Assembly: GCA_023410535.1 (NCBI GenBank)
Contig: JAEYPR010000021.1
Location: 42,368-106,367 of the forward strand
Source of the DNA: Bacillota bacterium
Lineage (GTDB): Bacteria; Bacillota; UBA4882; UBA8346
DNA length: 64,000 nucleotides
Reading direction: 5' to 3'
The notes below the pieces were generated by a model. The model was given only the letters and a program-made list of their open reading frames with translations, had not been told where the DNA came from and did not search any database. Position 1 is the first letter of the stretch; every line of letters begins with the position of its first letter. A program made the position numbers and the translations under genes. Positions 36,964 to 46,551 of the stretch are shown here, piece by piece.

Positions 36964-38031
36964 ATGAAATTACGCATTTACTTTTTGCTTGGATTATTAT
37001 GGCTCGTCGCAACCGGAGGGGTATTGGCAGAAGCTCCGGAGGATTTGACTTCGCCGGCGCCGGATTTGCTGGTGATTCAACCCTTGGCGTCGGGTTTAGC
37101 CGGGACCGAGACCCGTCTTTTACCAAATAATGTCGATATCTGGGCGGGTGATTGGGCGCCTAATGGAAAATCAATGGTCTATTCGGGAAAGATGCAAGGC
37201 GAAGAAAGCACGAAGATGCGGATTTGGTATTGGGCCTTGGATCCGATTGCCAACCCGGTGCCGTTGACCAATACCGATCAATTAATTGATTATTCGCCGC
37301 GTTGGTCGCCGGACGGATCGAAATTGGTGTTGGTGCGGCGGAGTTTGGGAAAGCCGGCCAATAGTCCGGTAAATTCGTCGCTTTGGCTCAAGGATGTTCC
37401 GGAAGGCGGCGGCCGTCAGTTGACCAATGGCCCGGAAGACCGTGATCCTTCCTGGTCGCCCGATGGCACGCAGATTGTTTTTAGCCGTTCGCAAGGTCCT
37501 TACCGCGCGCAACTGTGGATTGTCAATGTAGCCGACGGCAGTTGCCGGGTATTGGCCGGAGCGGAGAACGAGTTGTTAAATACGCCGGTTTGGGGCAAAA
37601 ACGGACAGATCTATTATACCAAAATGACGCCGGCGCCCAAGACGGTGACCTTTAATAATCAAAGTTATCAAGTGATGGATTTCGGCAAAGGAAGCATCTG
37701 GTCGATCAATCCCAATGATAAATTGGCCCAACCGGTACAGGTTGACGAATATGACAACCGGATTCCGGCGATATCCCCGGATGGTCGTTGGTTGGCTTTT
37801 GTTTCGAGCCGGTCAACCACGAAAGAGGGGAATGGCAAGTTCGATCGGGGCAGCCTTTTTCTGAAAAATTTGAATACGGGCACTGTCTACTATGTCACCA
37901 ATAAAGTCGGTTTAGTCGGCGGATCGATCAGTTGGACGCCGGATGGCCGGAAGATCGGTTTTTTCACCTACCGCAGCATTCGCCCGGCGGTCTGGGTTAT
38001 TACCTTGCCAACCGCGTTGCCAGCGAAATAA
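36964..38031 (+). CDS. Secreted TolB-like beta-propeller (PD40/WD40-like repeats) protein
   Basis: Signal peptide. Repeated SP.WSPDG...F motifs (SPRWSPDGSKLV, DPSWSPDGTQIVF, PAISPDGRWLAF, SWTPDGRKIGF). Confidence 0.75.
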   Translation: MKLRIYFLLGLLWLVATGGVLAEAPEDLTSPAPDLLVIQPLASGLAGTETRLLPNNVDIWAGDWAPNGKSMVYSGKMQGEESTKMRIWYWALDPIANPVPLTNTDQLIDYSPRWSPDGSKLVLVRRSLGKPANSPVNSSLWLKDVPEGGGRQLTNGPEDRDPSWSPDGTQIVFSRSQGPYRAQLWIVNVADGSCRVLAGAENELLNTPVWGKNGQIYYTKMTPAPKTVTFNNQSYQVMDFGKGSIWSINPNDKLAQPVQVDEYDNRIPAISPDGRWLAFVSSRSTTKEGNGKFDRGSLFLKNLNTGTVYYVTNKVGLVGGSISWTPDGRKIGFFTYRSIRPAVWVITLPTALPAK

Positions 38032-38251
38032 ATCGCTTGGGTAACAGTCCATTACCCTTCTTCGGACGCTCATCAAACCGGGGAGGGGTTTTTATTTTTT
38101 CAATTTTTTACGGGAGTTCGAATAATTGATCAAAAAATTACCAAATTGAGGATTAAGCGCTGAAAAGGAGGAAAATACTATCATTTAGCGAAGTATTATG
38201 ACAAACATTATAATGAAAGAGATCGTTTCCGCGATCTCACGGGGTGATTAA

Positions 38252-38932
38252 TTGTTTCAACCGATCCATGCCAGCACCGTCGTGCAACAGATTATCGAAA
38301 AAATAACGCAGTCATTGATCAGGGGCGAACTAAAACCGGGCGACCGCTTGCCGCCGGAACCTGAACTCGCGGCGCAGCTTGGCGTCAGCCGGACCTCGCT
38401 TCGGGAAGCTTTAAAAACCTTGGGTGGATTGGGTGTTTTGGTAGCGAAAAAACGCGGCGGTACCTTTATTGCCACCTCCGGTTCGCAGTCCATGCTCGAT
38501 CCGTTAATCTTTAATCTGATTATTGAAAAAGGCTCGCGGGACGAACTCTTTGAACTCCGGGTATTATTGGAAGTTGATGCGGTTGAGCTTGCCATGAACA
38601 AAGCGTCCGTCCAAGATCTGGCCGATCTGGAGAAGGCTTTGAAAAAGTTCGAGGAAAATCTCCCGGGTGGCGACGTTAAGCTACTGGCCGATCTTGACCT
38701 GCAATTTCACTTGAAGGTCTTGGAGATGTCCAAAAACGATTCCTTCATCCGGATCAGCAAAGTGGTCATGCAACTGTTCGCATCACCGATCGAAAAGACC
38801 ATTCACCAAATTGGCCCGGAACAAGTATTGATTAATCATCGCGCCTTACATCAGGCAATGGTCGATCGCGATTTGCTCCGCGCTAAAGAACATATCATTA
38901 AATCGTTTGAGAGTTCGCGGCAGTTTCTATAA
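38252..38932 (+). CDS. GntR-family transcriptional regulator (FadR/FCD subfamily)
   Basis: LKPGDRLPPEPELAAQLGVSRTSLREALK.L wHTH, followed by a helical FCD-like C-terminal domain. Confidence 0.85.
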   Translation: MFQPIHASTVVQQIIEKITQSLIRGELKPGDRLPPEPELAAQLGVSRTSLREALKTLGGLGVLVAKKRGGTFIATSGSQSMLDPLIFNLIIEKGSRDELFELRVLLEVDAVELAMNKASVQDLADLEKALKKFEENLPGGDVKLLADLDLQFHLKVLEMSKNDSFIRISKVVMQLFASPIEKTIHQIGPEQVLINHRALHQAMVDRDLLRAKEHIIKSFESSRQFL

Positions 38933-38994
38933 TTGTTTTAAAAAACCCTAGCGGTCATTACAGGGTAAAGGAAGAATTGATTCAATGAAAATAA

Positions 38995-39024
38995 AAAGCG
39001 CTGTTTCTGCAGAGACAGCGCTTT
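38995..39024. terminator. Bidirectional terminator between convergent genes
   Basis: AAAGCGCTGT-TTCTGCAGAG-ACAGCGCTTT. Confidence 0.7.
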
Positions 39025-39041
39025 ATTGCGTCGATGTCAGG

Positions 39042-40217
39042 TTATTGATATTTCTGCAATTGATAGCGGCAGCTGGGATTCCAAAAGATCCACTCTTTAG
39101 CGCCGGCGGCTTCAACCGCTTGGATTTGTTTCTGAATTTCGGTCCGACCATAATGAGCGCCTAAACTGAAATCTTGCAACCAGGGGCGGAGCAGGGTGGT
39201 GGTGTTTCCGGCTTTCTCTAAACGCTTCTGGGCGTCGCTGACGGCATGAAAAACGGTGTCGTAGGGATTGAGATTGGGGTTTTTCAACCCAAAGTTGCCG
39301 GGACCGTAATGCGATGGATAGACCATCGGACAGACCACGTCAACACTGCTGATAATCTTCTCATACTGCTGGCCGATGCCTTGATCATCTTCCACGCTGG
39401 TGGTAAGACCGAAAATATCGGCTGAGATTGGGATATTGTAGGGTTTCAGTTGAGCGCGGGCATACTGTAAGAAGTCGCGGATTACGTCTTGTTTAAGCTG
39501 TCCGGCGCTGAACGGATAGACACAACGTTTGATATCGCCATCGCTGGTAAAACGGACATAATCGAATTGAATCTCTTGGAAGCCCAAGTCAATCGCTTCT
39601 TTAGCAATTTCGATAATATAATCCCAATAGGCCTTATTATTTGGATCGACCCAATGCAGGCCCTTCCGGTCTGACCATAATCCGCCGGCGCTGTCGCGGA
39701 CCGCCCACTCCGATTTGTGTTGGGCCAAAAACGGATCTTTAAAAACGACAATCCGGGCGATGGGGAAGATCTGATGTTGCCGCAAGGTGTCCAATAATTT
39801 TTGGGGATTGCCGATTTTTCGTTCCGCGGCGCCAAGGGTCTGTACTAAGGGCACTTTGGAATTGTAACTTAGGGTTCCGGTATCATCTTTCACGTCGATA
39901 ACCAGGGAATTAACTGAGGTTTGGTTAATAAAGGCGACAGTCTCGTCCAACCATTTGCTGGAGCCGGCCATCCAACCGGTCGCATAGATTCCTTTGATAG
40001 ATTCGGGTTTTGGCCAAGCTACCGGCTTTGGTTGCGGAGTGGCGACTGCGGGGGCTGGAACTGGTGTTGCTTTTGTACGTTTCAGATGATTGGAAGGTGA
40101 TGAATTTGGAATCACCAGGGAAGAAGCGGCCGGGGTTAAGGTTAGCCAGGAAATCAGCAGTACCACCGGAATCAACAAAAGAAGCCAATATTTGTTTGCC
40201 AACGAATCCACCCTCAT
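39042..40217 (-). CDS. Membrane-anchored putative glycoside hydrolase (DUF4015/COG1306-like), paralog of 20885..22222
   Basis: Same motif series (KGIYATGWM, LVIDVKDDTG, IARIVVFKD, EIQFDYVRF, CPMVYPSHY, RPWLQDF). By eye, more than half of positions are identical to the paralog. Confidence 0.6.
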   Translation of the reverse strand: MRVDSLANKYWLLLLIPVVLLISWLTLTPAASSLVIPNSSPSNHLKRTKATPVPAPAVATPQPKPVAWPKPESIKGIYATGWMAGSSKWLDETVAFINQTSVNSLVIDVKDDTGTLSYNSKVPLVQTLGAAERKIGNPQKLLDTLRQHQIFPIARIVVFKDPFLAQHKSEWAVRDSAGGLWSDRKGLHWVDPNNKAYWDYIIEIAKEAIDLGFQEIQFDYVRFTSDGDIKRCVYPFSAGQLKQDVIRDFLQYARAQLKPYNIPISADIFGLTTSVEDDQGIGQQYEKIISSVDVVCPMVYPSHYGPGNFGLKNPNLNPYDTVFHAVSDAQKRLEKAGNTTTLLRPWLQDFSLGAHYGRTEIQKQIQAVEAAGAKEWIFWNPSCRYQLQKYQ

Positions 40218-40790
40218 TGTAAGATTTTTTGAGAGAATTCGTCACATTTTTGAATGATACCTGCAGAAATTGATTGGAAATTGCAATTTTTTCTGAGAAT
40301 GCCGAATGAATCAAAAATATACGAAAACCAACAAACTTATAAAATTATTCCAAATGAATGATTGATAATATAAATCCGATTAATTGGACGGGGCTGTGAG
40401 ATCAAATTGACCGGGCTTGGCTACGGTGGATGGTAGGCAAAGTTTGCGGTAAGAAGTTTGCAATTATGGTGGATAGCAATTATAATTAAAGTGTTCGTGT
40501 GAATTTTTGCAGAACGTTTCGTTGGGGAATTGCATTCTGCAATTTACAATGCCCGCTTTTCTCCGGGCGAATCGCGCTAAGTTGCAAAAAAAATTTCAAC
40601 GAATTTTCCCATCCGTAAAGCGAGGGCGGTATTATTGCAACGTAAGAATGAAGGTAATATATCGCTACGCAAGACGGTTAACAACATTTTGTGCGGTATA
40701 ATACATAGTTTCCGAATGAGTCGTTAGGATTTCCCGGGATGTCCCGCCGAACAATCGTCATGAGAGGAATGAAATCTCCTGAAAAAAATC

Positions 40791-41915
40791 ATGATCATTT
40801 ATGCCGACAGCGGCGCCGGTCACCGCCGGGCTGCCGAAGCATTGTATCAAGTTGCCGGAAAGACCTTTCCCGATGCCGAAATCCGGTTGTTTGACATCTT
40901 AGAATACACGACCGCGGTTTTTCGTAAAACGTATCCCCGGACGTATCTTTTGATGGTTAATCATTGTCCCTGGCTATGGGGATTGTTTTATCATTCGCTC
41001 GATTACCGGGTTTCGGACCGGGTGGCCCGCCGTTTCCGGCGGGTGACCAACGCCAAGCATTGCCAGGCCTTTGAACAATATATCTTGGCCGAACAGCCGG
41101 ATCTGGTTTTAACGACCCATTTTCTACCCAATGAAGTGATTACCCATTTAAAACGGAAACATGGGTTTAAAACGTTTTTGGCAACTTGCATTACCGATTA
41201 TTACCCCCATGAATTCTGGCGGGATGACGGGGTTGATATTTATTTTACGCCGCATGAGGACCTAACCCCGACGTTGTTGGAGATGGGGATCCCGGCTGGA
41301 GCGATCTACCCGTCGGGAATTCCGATTGACCCGGTGTTCCGGGCGGCGCTGGACCGGAACGCGATCCGGCAAAAGTTAAACTTGACTGATATGCCCACGG
41401 TTTTAGTGGCAAGCGGAGGGTTCGGGGTAGGACCGGTCGAAGAGTTGGTGACCGAGATTGAGCAGGTTGAACGGTCATTGCAAGTCTTGGTGATTTGCGG
41501 TAAAAACGATGACCTGAAAGAAAAGTTGACGGCGGCGACGATCGCTTCGCGCCACCGGTTTGCGATTTTTGGATTTGTCAATAACATGCACGAGCTAATG
41601 AGCGTCAGCGATGTGATGATCTCTAAATCGGGCGGGCTGACCTCGACCGAAGCGATGGCCAAAGGACTACCGTTAATCGTTTTATACCCCATTCCGGGTC
41701 AGGAGTCCGGCAATTGCGAGTTTCTTTCACGCCACGGCGCCGGTTTGGAAGTCGCGAATCCCCGTCAAGCCCGCGAAGCGTTGGAGCATTTGTTTGAGCA
41801 TCCGCATGAGTTGCTGCAAATCCGGGATAATATGAGCAGGTTGGGGCGGCCGGAAGCGGCCCGCGAGATCGTAGAGTATTTGGCGAAAATCACCAAACAG
41901 GTTGAAAGTCGGTGA
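40791..41915 (+). CDS. Diacylglycerol glycosyltransferase (MGDG-synthase N-domain + GT28 C-domain, UgtP-like)
   Basis: YADSGAGHRRAAEAL..., C-terminal ...MHELMSVSDVMISKSGGLTSTEAMAKGLPLIV..PIPGQE..N. The start is uncertain: there is an in-frame TGA only 27 nt upstream and the RBS is poor. Confidence 0.7.
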   Translation: MIIYADSGAGHRRAAEALYQVAGKTFPDAEIRLFDILEYTTAVFRKTYPRTYLLMVNHCPWLWGLFYHSLDYRVSDRVARRFRRVTNAKHCQAFEQYILAEQPDLVLTTHFLPNEVITHLKRKHGFKTFLATCITDYYPHEFWRDDGVDIYFTPHEDLTPTLLEMGIPAGAIYPSGIPIDPVFRAALDRNAIRQKLNLTDMPTVLVASGGFGVGPVEELVTEIEQVERSLQVLVICGKNDDLKEKLTAATIASRHRFAIFGFVNNMHELMSVSDVMISKSGGLTSTEAMAKGLPLIVLYPIPGQESGNCEFLSRHGAGLEVANPRQAREALEHLFEHPHELLQIRDNMSRLGRPEAAREIVEYLAKITKQVESR

Positions 41916-42196
41916 CGATAGTGGAATTTCAAGCATTGATCGTACGGTTAAACGAACTATATCGTAAATCAAAATCCGGCGGTTTAAGCCCGGCCGAATT
42001 GACGGAACGGGATGCGTTGCGCCGGGAATACCTGGGCTCGATTCGGAATCAGGTTCAAAATTCGCTGGGACAGATCAAGATCGTTGACGAACAGGGCAAT
42101 GAAGTAACGCCGCAACGCCGCCGCCACCACCATCACGGTCATGAATGTGAATGTCATCAATGTAATTGCGACGGTTCCCATCATCATGAACATTAA
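41912..42196 (+). CDS. UPF0291/DUF896 (YnzC-like) protein with a His/Cys-rich C-terminal tail
   Basis: RLNELYRKSK.GGLSP.E..ER..LRREYL..IR.QV...L..I.IVDE.GN.V is DUF896-like. Tail: QRRRHHHHGHECECHQCNCDGSHHHEH. Confidence 0.7.
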   Translation: MTIVEFQALIVRLNELYRKSKSGGLSPAELTERDALRREYLGSIRNQVQNSLGQIKIVDEQGNEVTPQRRRHHHHGHECECHQCNCDGSHHHEH

Positions 42197-42214
42197 GCGC
42201 AAACTGCAATACGG

Positions 42215-42243
42215 ACTGGCTTCCAAAAGGGCCAGTTTTTCTT
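42215..42243 (+). terminator. Intrinsic terminator
   Basis: ACTGGC-TTCCAAAAGG-GCCAGT followed by TTTTTCTTTT. Confidence 0.7.
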
Positions 42244-42272
42244 TTGGGGTTACGGTTAGAATTTTCACTCCG

Positions 42273-42300
42273 TTGACTTCAGTCGCTAGCAGGTTATAGT
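42273..42300 (+). promoter_or_regulatory. Candidate sigma-A promoter of dnaB
   Basis: TTGACT (42273..42278), 16-bp spacer, TATAGT (42295..42300). Confidence 0.5.
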
Positions 42301-42424
42301 GAGAAAATACCGAATTATATGAAGTCATCGTTCGCGTCGGTGATGATAATTACGTAATAGGAAATATGTCGCGATCACAGCGCAAATATTTGGTGCGACA
42401 TCGATCGATAAATGGAGGACAGCA

Positions 42425-43768
42425 ATGAGTATTGGCTCGATCAGTGAAAGAATCCCCCCGCAAAATATTGACGCCGAGCGGTCCACGCTTGGTTCGATGT
42501 TTTTGGAGAAAGAAGCCATTGAAAAAGGACTGGAACTTTTACGAGCGGGAGATTTCTACCGCGAAGCCCACCGGATGCTTTTCGAGGTCGTGCAACACCT
42601 GCACGGCCATGGTGAACCGGTCGATATCATCACTGTTTCCGAAGAATTAAAAAGCCGGAATATGCTTGAAAAAGTCGGCGGGATCCCTTACTTGACCCAG
42701 CTGGCCAATGCGGTGCCTACCGCCGCCAATATTGAATACTATGCCAAAATTGTGGCTGAAAAATCGTTGTTGCGGTCGATTATCAACACCGCCACCGAAA
42801 TCGTGCGCCAGGGGTTTGAAGGCGCCGAAGAAGTGGATGCGATCTTAGACGACGCCGAGAAACAGATCTTTCAGATTGCTCAGAAACGGCATATTAAGGG
42901 TTATGTCAGCTTGAAAAGCATCCTGATTCAGACGTTTGAACGGATTGAACACCTCTATGAAAACCGGGGCAGTGTGACCGGGATCGGGACCGGTTTTGAA
43001 GATCTGAACCGGATGACCGCCGGTTTACAGCCTTCGGACCTGATTATCTTAGCCGCCCGGCCTAGTATGGGGAAAACGACTTTCGCCTTGAACATCGCCC
43101 GGCATGTCGCGGTTGAAGAGAAAATTCCGGTCATTGTGTTTAGTTTGGAAATGTCCAAGGAGCAATTGGCGTTGAAACTGCTCTGCTCCGAAGCGGGCGT
43201 CGACAACCAGCGGATCCGGACCGGCGCGTTACGCGACGAGGACTGGCCGCGGCTTTCCCACGCTTTGGGCAAGTTATCCGATTCCACGCTTTATATTGAC
43301 GATACTCCCGGCGTGACGGTTTTTGATATCCGGGCCAAAGCCCGCCGGATCAAAGCCGAAGGAGGCTTGGGGTTGATTGTCATCGACTATTTGCAATTGA
43401 TGCAATCCCGGGGCAAATCCGAGAACCGCCAGCAAGAGGTCTCGGAGATCTCCCGATCACTGAAGGCGCTGGCCCGCGAATTGGAAGTGCCGGTGATCTC
43501 CTTATCCCAGCTCTCGCGGGCGGTTGAACAACGGACTGACAAAACGCCGTCCCTCGCCGACTTGCGTGAATCGGGTTCATTGGAGCAAGACGCCGACATC
43601 GTCGCCTTCCTCTATCGTGAAGATTATTATAATAAAGAAACCGAAAAGAAAGGCGTTACCGATCTGATCATTGCCAAACACCGTAACGGACCGGTCGGCA
43701 ACGTCGAGTTGCTATTCCAGAAGGAGTACAGCCGCTTCGTGGGTTTGGACCGGCAGCATCAGATGTAA
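42425..43768 (+). CDS. dnaB: Replicative DNA helicase (DnaB family; DnaC in Bacillus nomenclature)
   Basis: PPQNIDAERSTLGSM, Walker A AARPSMGKTTFALN, VIDYLQLM, SLSQLSR.VEQR, DLRESGS.EQDAD, IAKHRNGP.G. Confidence 0.96.
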   Translation: MSIGSISERIPPQNIDAERSTLGSMFLEKEAIEKGLELLRAGDFYREAHRMLFEVVQHLHGHGEPVDIITVSEELKSRNMLEKVGGIPYLTQLANAVPTAANIEYYAKIVAEKSLLRSIINTATEIVRQGFEGAEEVDAILDDAEKQIFQIAQKRHIKGYVSLKSILIQTFERIEHLYENRGSVTGIGTGFEDLNRMTAGLQPSDLIILAARPSMGKTTFALNIARHVAVEEKIPVIVFSLEMSKEQLALKLLCSEAGVDNQRIRTGALRDEDWPRLSHALGKLSDSTLYIDDTPGVTVFDIRAKARRIKAEGGLGLIVIDYLQLMQSRGKSENRQQEVSEISRSLKALARELEVPVISLSQLSRAVEQRTDKTPSLADLRESGSLEQDADIVAFLYREDYYNKETEKKGVTDLIIAKHRNGPVGNVELLFQKEYSRFVGLDRQHQM

Positions 43769-44035
43769 TGGCAAAGATTTTTGTTGCTTTTGGGGGTTTA
43801 AAAGTTCGTCCATTTTGAATATTGATGGTTAATTTATAAATTCCGGCGCTTGTTTTGCTAATTCTACTGCTTGGATGTGGTTTTTTGCTCCCTGGATCTC
43901 GAATTCCGGTGGGTCAATTTTGCATTGGGGTTCCCGGATTTTATATTATGGTTCCTGAATTTAGATTTTGAATCCTGTTTTATTATTTTACGGTTCTTAA
44001 ATAATGTTTTTAGCCATTAATTATTGTTTTTTTGC

Positions 44036-44075
44036 CAAAAATCCCCACAACAGAGTTTGTTGTGAGGATTTTTTG
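44036..44075 (-). terminator. Intrinsic terminator downstream of the 44088..45095 gene (usable in both directions)
   Basis: AAAAATCCCCACAACA-GAGTT-TGTTGTGAGGATTTTTT. Confidence 0.75.
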
Positions 44076-44087
44076 TATATTTATTAA

Positions 44088-45095
44088 TTATTTAATACTC
44101 ATATCCCAACGGATGTATGCGATTCCATCTTCGTCGGCATCGTTGTTTTTAAATTGATAGATCAATTTTAAGGCATGATCGTCGTTAATGGTGATTTTGG
44201 CTTTGGCATAAAGGTAAGGGTCGTCAATACCTTTGGCCTTGGTAACCTGGAAGCCGGCCCGGACTTGTTCGGTGAACGAATAGAGGATATTGGCGTCGAT
44301 CCCATAATCTTGATTGTCGCCGTCATAATTGGCGGAACGGTAGCGGACTTCGGCGCCAAGTTTGTCAAAAGTTCCGGTGACGCCCAAGTTATAGTCGAAT
44401 TCTTTATCGTAAGCGGTCAGCGCGCCGCCAACGACATAGTTCTCATTGAGCCGATAATTGGCGGCCAAATCCAGAATGGGGTCGTCGGAGATGAATTGGT
44501 TCAATGGCCCGATCATATCGTCATTGGGGATTAACAATTGGCCATAAACCTTCAAGTTGTCGGTGAAGTATTTGAAATCGAGGTCGTAATCAACAATCCC
44601 GCTGTCATCTTTCGCAAAACGTTTGGTCAGATCGCCGGAGAGCGCGTAATCGACACTGGCGGCGATATAGCCTTTGTCTCCCCCAAACGCATAACGATAA
44701 CCCGGGGAGATAATTCCTTGGGTGTCCCCGTCGTGGTCGGCATAGTCAACCCCGACAAACAAACCGATATCAAATAAATAGCTGCCTTGGAACGAAGTTA
44801 CGGTATCATCGTCAAAATAATTTAGATTGGCGAAATGCTGGTCGTTTTGATAATACTCAATCCCCCAGTAACTGTCGTTCTTGGGAAATAGGGCCCGGAC
44901 CGTAGCGCCCGGGCTGTCCTTGTCAATGGTATACCATCCGTCAAATGATAAACCGTTGAATTGGGGCGCCACGAAACCGTTGTTCAGATAGTAGTTGGTA
45001 AAGTCGCCGGTGAAGTTGTGGACTGCCGCCAGGGTATTGCCCGGGAACAGCAGCGTCAGGGTTAACAGCAGGGTCAGTAAGATCAACCGTTTCAT
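44088..45095 (-). CDS. Secreted beta-strand-rich protein, putative outer-membrane beta-barrel
   Basis: ATG at 45095 (RBS AGGAGGAAAG) gives the signal peptide MKRLILLTLLLTLTLLFPGNTLA. It is rich in Y/D/G/N with alternating hydrophobic patterns (VDYDLDFKYF, LDLAANYRL, GAEVRYRS). Confidence 0.5.
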   Translation of the reverse strand: MKRLILLTLLLTLTLLFPGNTLAAVHNFTGDFTNYYLNNGFVAPQFNGLSFDGWYTIDKDSPGATVRALFPKNDSYWGIEYYQNDQHFANLNYFDDDTVTSFQGSYLFDIGLFVGVDYADHDGDTQGIISPGYRYAFGGDKGYIAASVDYALSGDLTKRFAKDDSGIVDYDLDFKYFTDNLKVYGQLLIPNDDMIGPLNQFISDDPILDLAANYRLNENYVVGGALTAYDKEFDYNLGVTGTFDKLGAEVRYRSANYDGDNQDYGIDANILYSFTEQVRAGFQVTKAKGIDDPYLYAKAKITINDDHALKLIYQFKNNDADEDGIAYIRWDMSIK

Positions 45096-45230
45096 ACTCT
45101 TTCCTCCTATTCCGAATTGTTGAGCTTGTCGCGCAACGTTAGATTGAGGAGTGGGCGTGTTTCCTCCTCGGTAGTAACTGTATGCGGAATAGAGAGGGAA
45201 TATATCCATTAAAGAATTACAGCAATAAAG

Positions 45231-45262
45231 AAAAAGAGCCGCCCATTCGGGCGGCTCTTTTT
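45231..45262 (-). terminator. Intrinsic terminator downstream of the 45275..46246 gene
   Basis: AAAAAGAGCCGCCC-ATTC-GGGCGGCTCTTTTT. Confidence 0.85.
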
Positions 45263-45274
45263 GAGTTAAATAAC

Positions 45275-46246
45275 TTAAAATGTTACAGACACTTTTAAGA
45301 AACTTACACCACGATCTTTTGAACCAGTGACGTTATCATTTGCATCCTTGAAGAATTGGATAGCATCTGCGCCACCAAGATAATAGTTAGAGCTCCGTAA
45401 GTACTCGATAGATACATTATCGGTCAAAGCATAACCGATTTTAGCACCCCATTGATTTCCACCGTATAAGATCGCATCATCATTAAACTGTTTTTCCGCT
45501 TCGAAAGTAACTTTACCAATGGTGTAAGAGAAACCAAACAAATAAGCTTCAGTTTGATCATCAGATAAAGCTTTGGATTTATCAGCTAACTTACCAGCTT
45601 CAGCCCAAAGATTTAAGGAATCAAATAAAGAAGTACTTACTTGAACGGCATAACCAGCGTCGCCTTTACCTTCGTATTGATAGTTAGCACCAAGGTTGAA
45701 GATGGAAACTTTGGTATGAGCTTCGGCGACAAATGCGCCAGCCTCGGTAAAGGAATCGTTTACTACAGTACCATTTTTATATGTTCCAGTAGAACTAGAA
45801 TCACCATTTTGACCAGCAACAACAGTTAATCCTAAATTTGTAGTTTCATTAACATCATAACCATATTTCAGAACAAACGGAGCGCTAGTGATCCCATCAC
45901 CAAAGTTTGGAGCAATACCATCGGTTAAATCGGCAATAGTCGGGATAACACGAATTTTACCGAAAGAAACATTACCCACACCGGTTTTGTAGGTGGCAAA
46001 GGCTTCACGGACTTTAAAGGTACCATTAGAAGTGTATTGAAGAGCAACAGAGTAATTAGTTGTCTCATCAATATCGCCGTTAAAGAAAAAACGGACGTCA
46101 CCCCATTGTTGCAGACCAGTGGGGTCCGCATTTTCGTAAGTTTCAAATGCAAGTTTACCGGTAACAACTGGCGCAGCAGCGGAAACGCTGGCCACAACTG
46201 CAAAAACGAGCGACAGGGTAAGTAAAGACACGAGCAGTTTTTTCAT
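45275..46246 (-). CDS. Porin-like outer-membrane beta-barrel protein
   Basis: Signal peptide MKKLLVSLLTLSLVFAVVASVSA. Amphipathic beta-strand periodicity throughout. C-terminal ...VSFLKVSVTF ends in Phe, as in classical OMPs. Strong RBS AAGGAGGAAA. Codon usage differs from neighbours (AT-rich third positions). Confidence 0.6.
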   Translation of the reverse strand: MKKLLVSLLTLSLVFAVVASVSAAAPVVTGKLAFETYENADPTGLQQWGDVRFFFNGDIDETTNYSVALQYTSNGTFKVREAFATYKTGVGNVSFGKIRVIPTIADLTDGIAPNFGDGITSAPFVLKYGYDVNETTNLGLTVVAGQNGDSSSTGTYKNGTVVNDSFTEAGAFVAEAHTKVSIFNLGANYQYEGKGDAGYAVQVSTSLFDSLNLWAEAGKLADKSKALSDDQTEAYLFGFSYTIGKVTFEAEKQFNDDAILYGGNQWGAKIGYALTDNVSIEYLRSSNYYLGGADAIQFFKDANDNVTGSKDRGVSFLKVSVTF

Positions 46247-46551
46247 TTCATTTCCTCCTTATTATTTTTGGTATTACTTTGAATACCTTGTTAGTAACTA
46301 AGGAAAGAGTTGCTATTGTTTCCTCTTTTACTTAGTCCTACGTTTAAAATTAACACGCATTGGAGAGCTTGTCAATAATTTGGGACAAAGTTTTGTCAAT
46401 ATTACAAATCATTAACACAATTATTCCGAGTGGAATTAAAGATATTGAGAGGGTGTGGGCATTTCGGCAGGAACGGTTTTTTGGATTAACCGAATATTTA
46501 CTTTCGTAAATCATGCACTTGCCGCATACAACTTAGCGGAGGGATTATACA

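Noticed and set aside
40507-40701. 64-aa ORF in the region upstream of the glycolipid synthase gene
   Set aside because: No RBS, a basic low-complexity product, and it lies in an AT-rich regulatory region.
43800-44035. Repeated T-rich/GGTTCC-like motifs after dnaB as a repeat element or small RNA
   Set aside because: There are only loose, imperfect recurrences (GGATCTCGAATTCCGG, GGTTCCCGGATTT, GGTTCCTGAATTT) with no clear period or stem. I could not define a unit, so this is probably AT-rich spacer or curved DNA.
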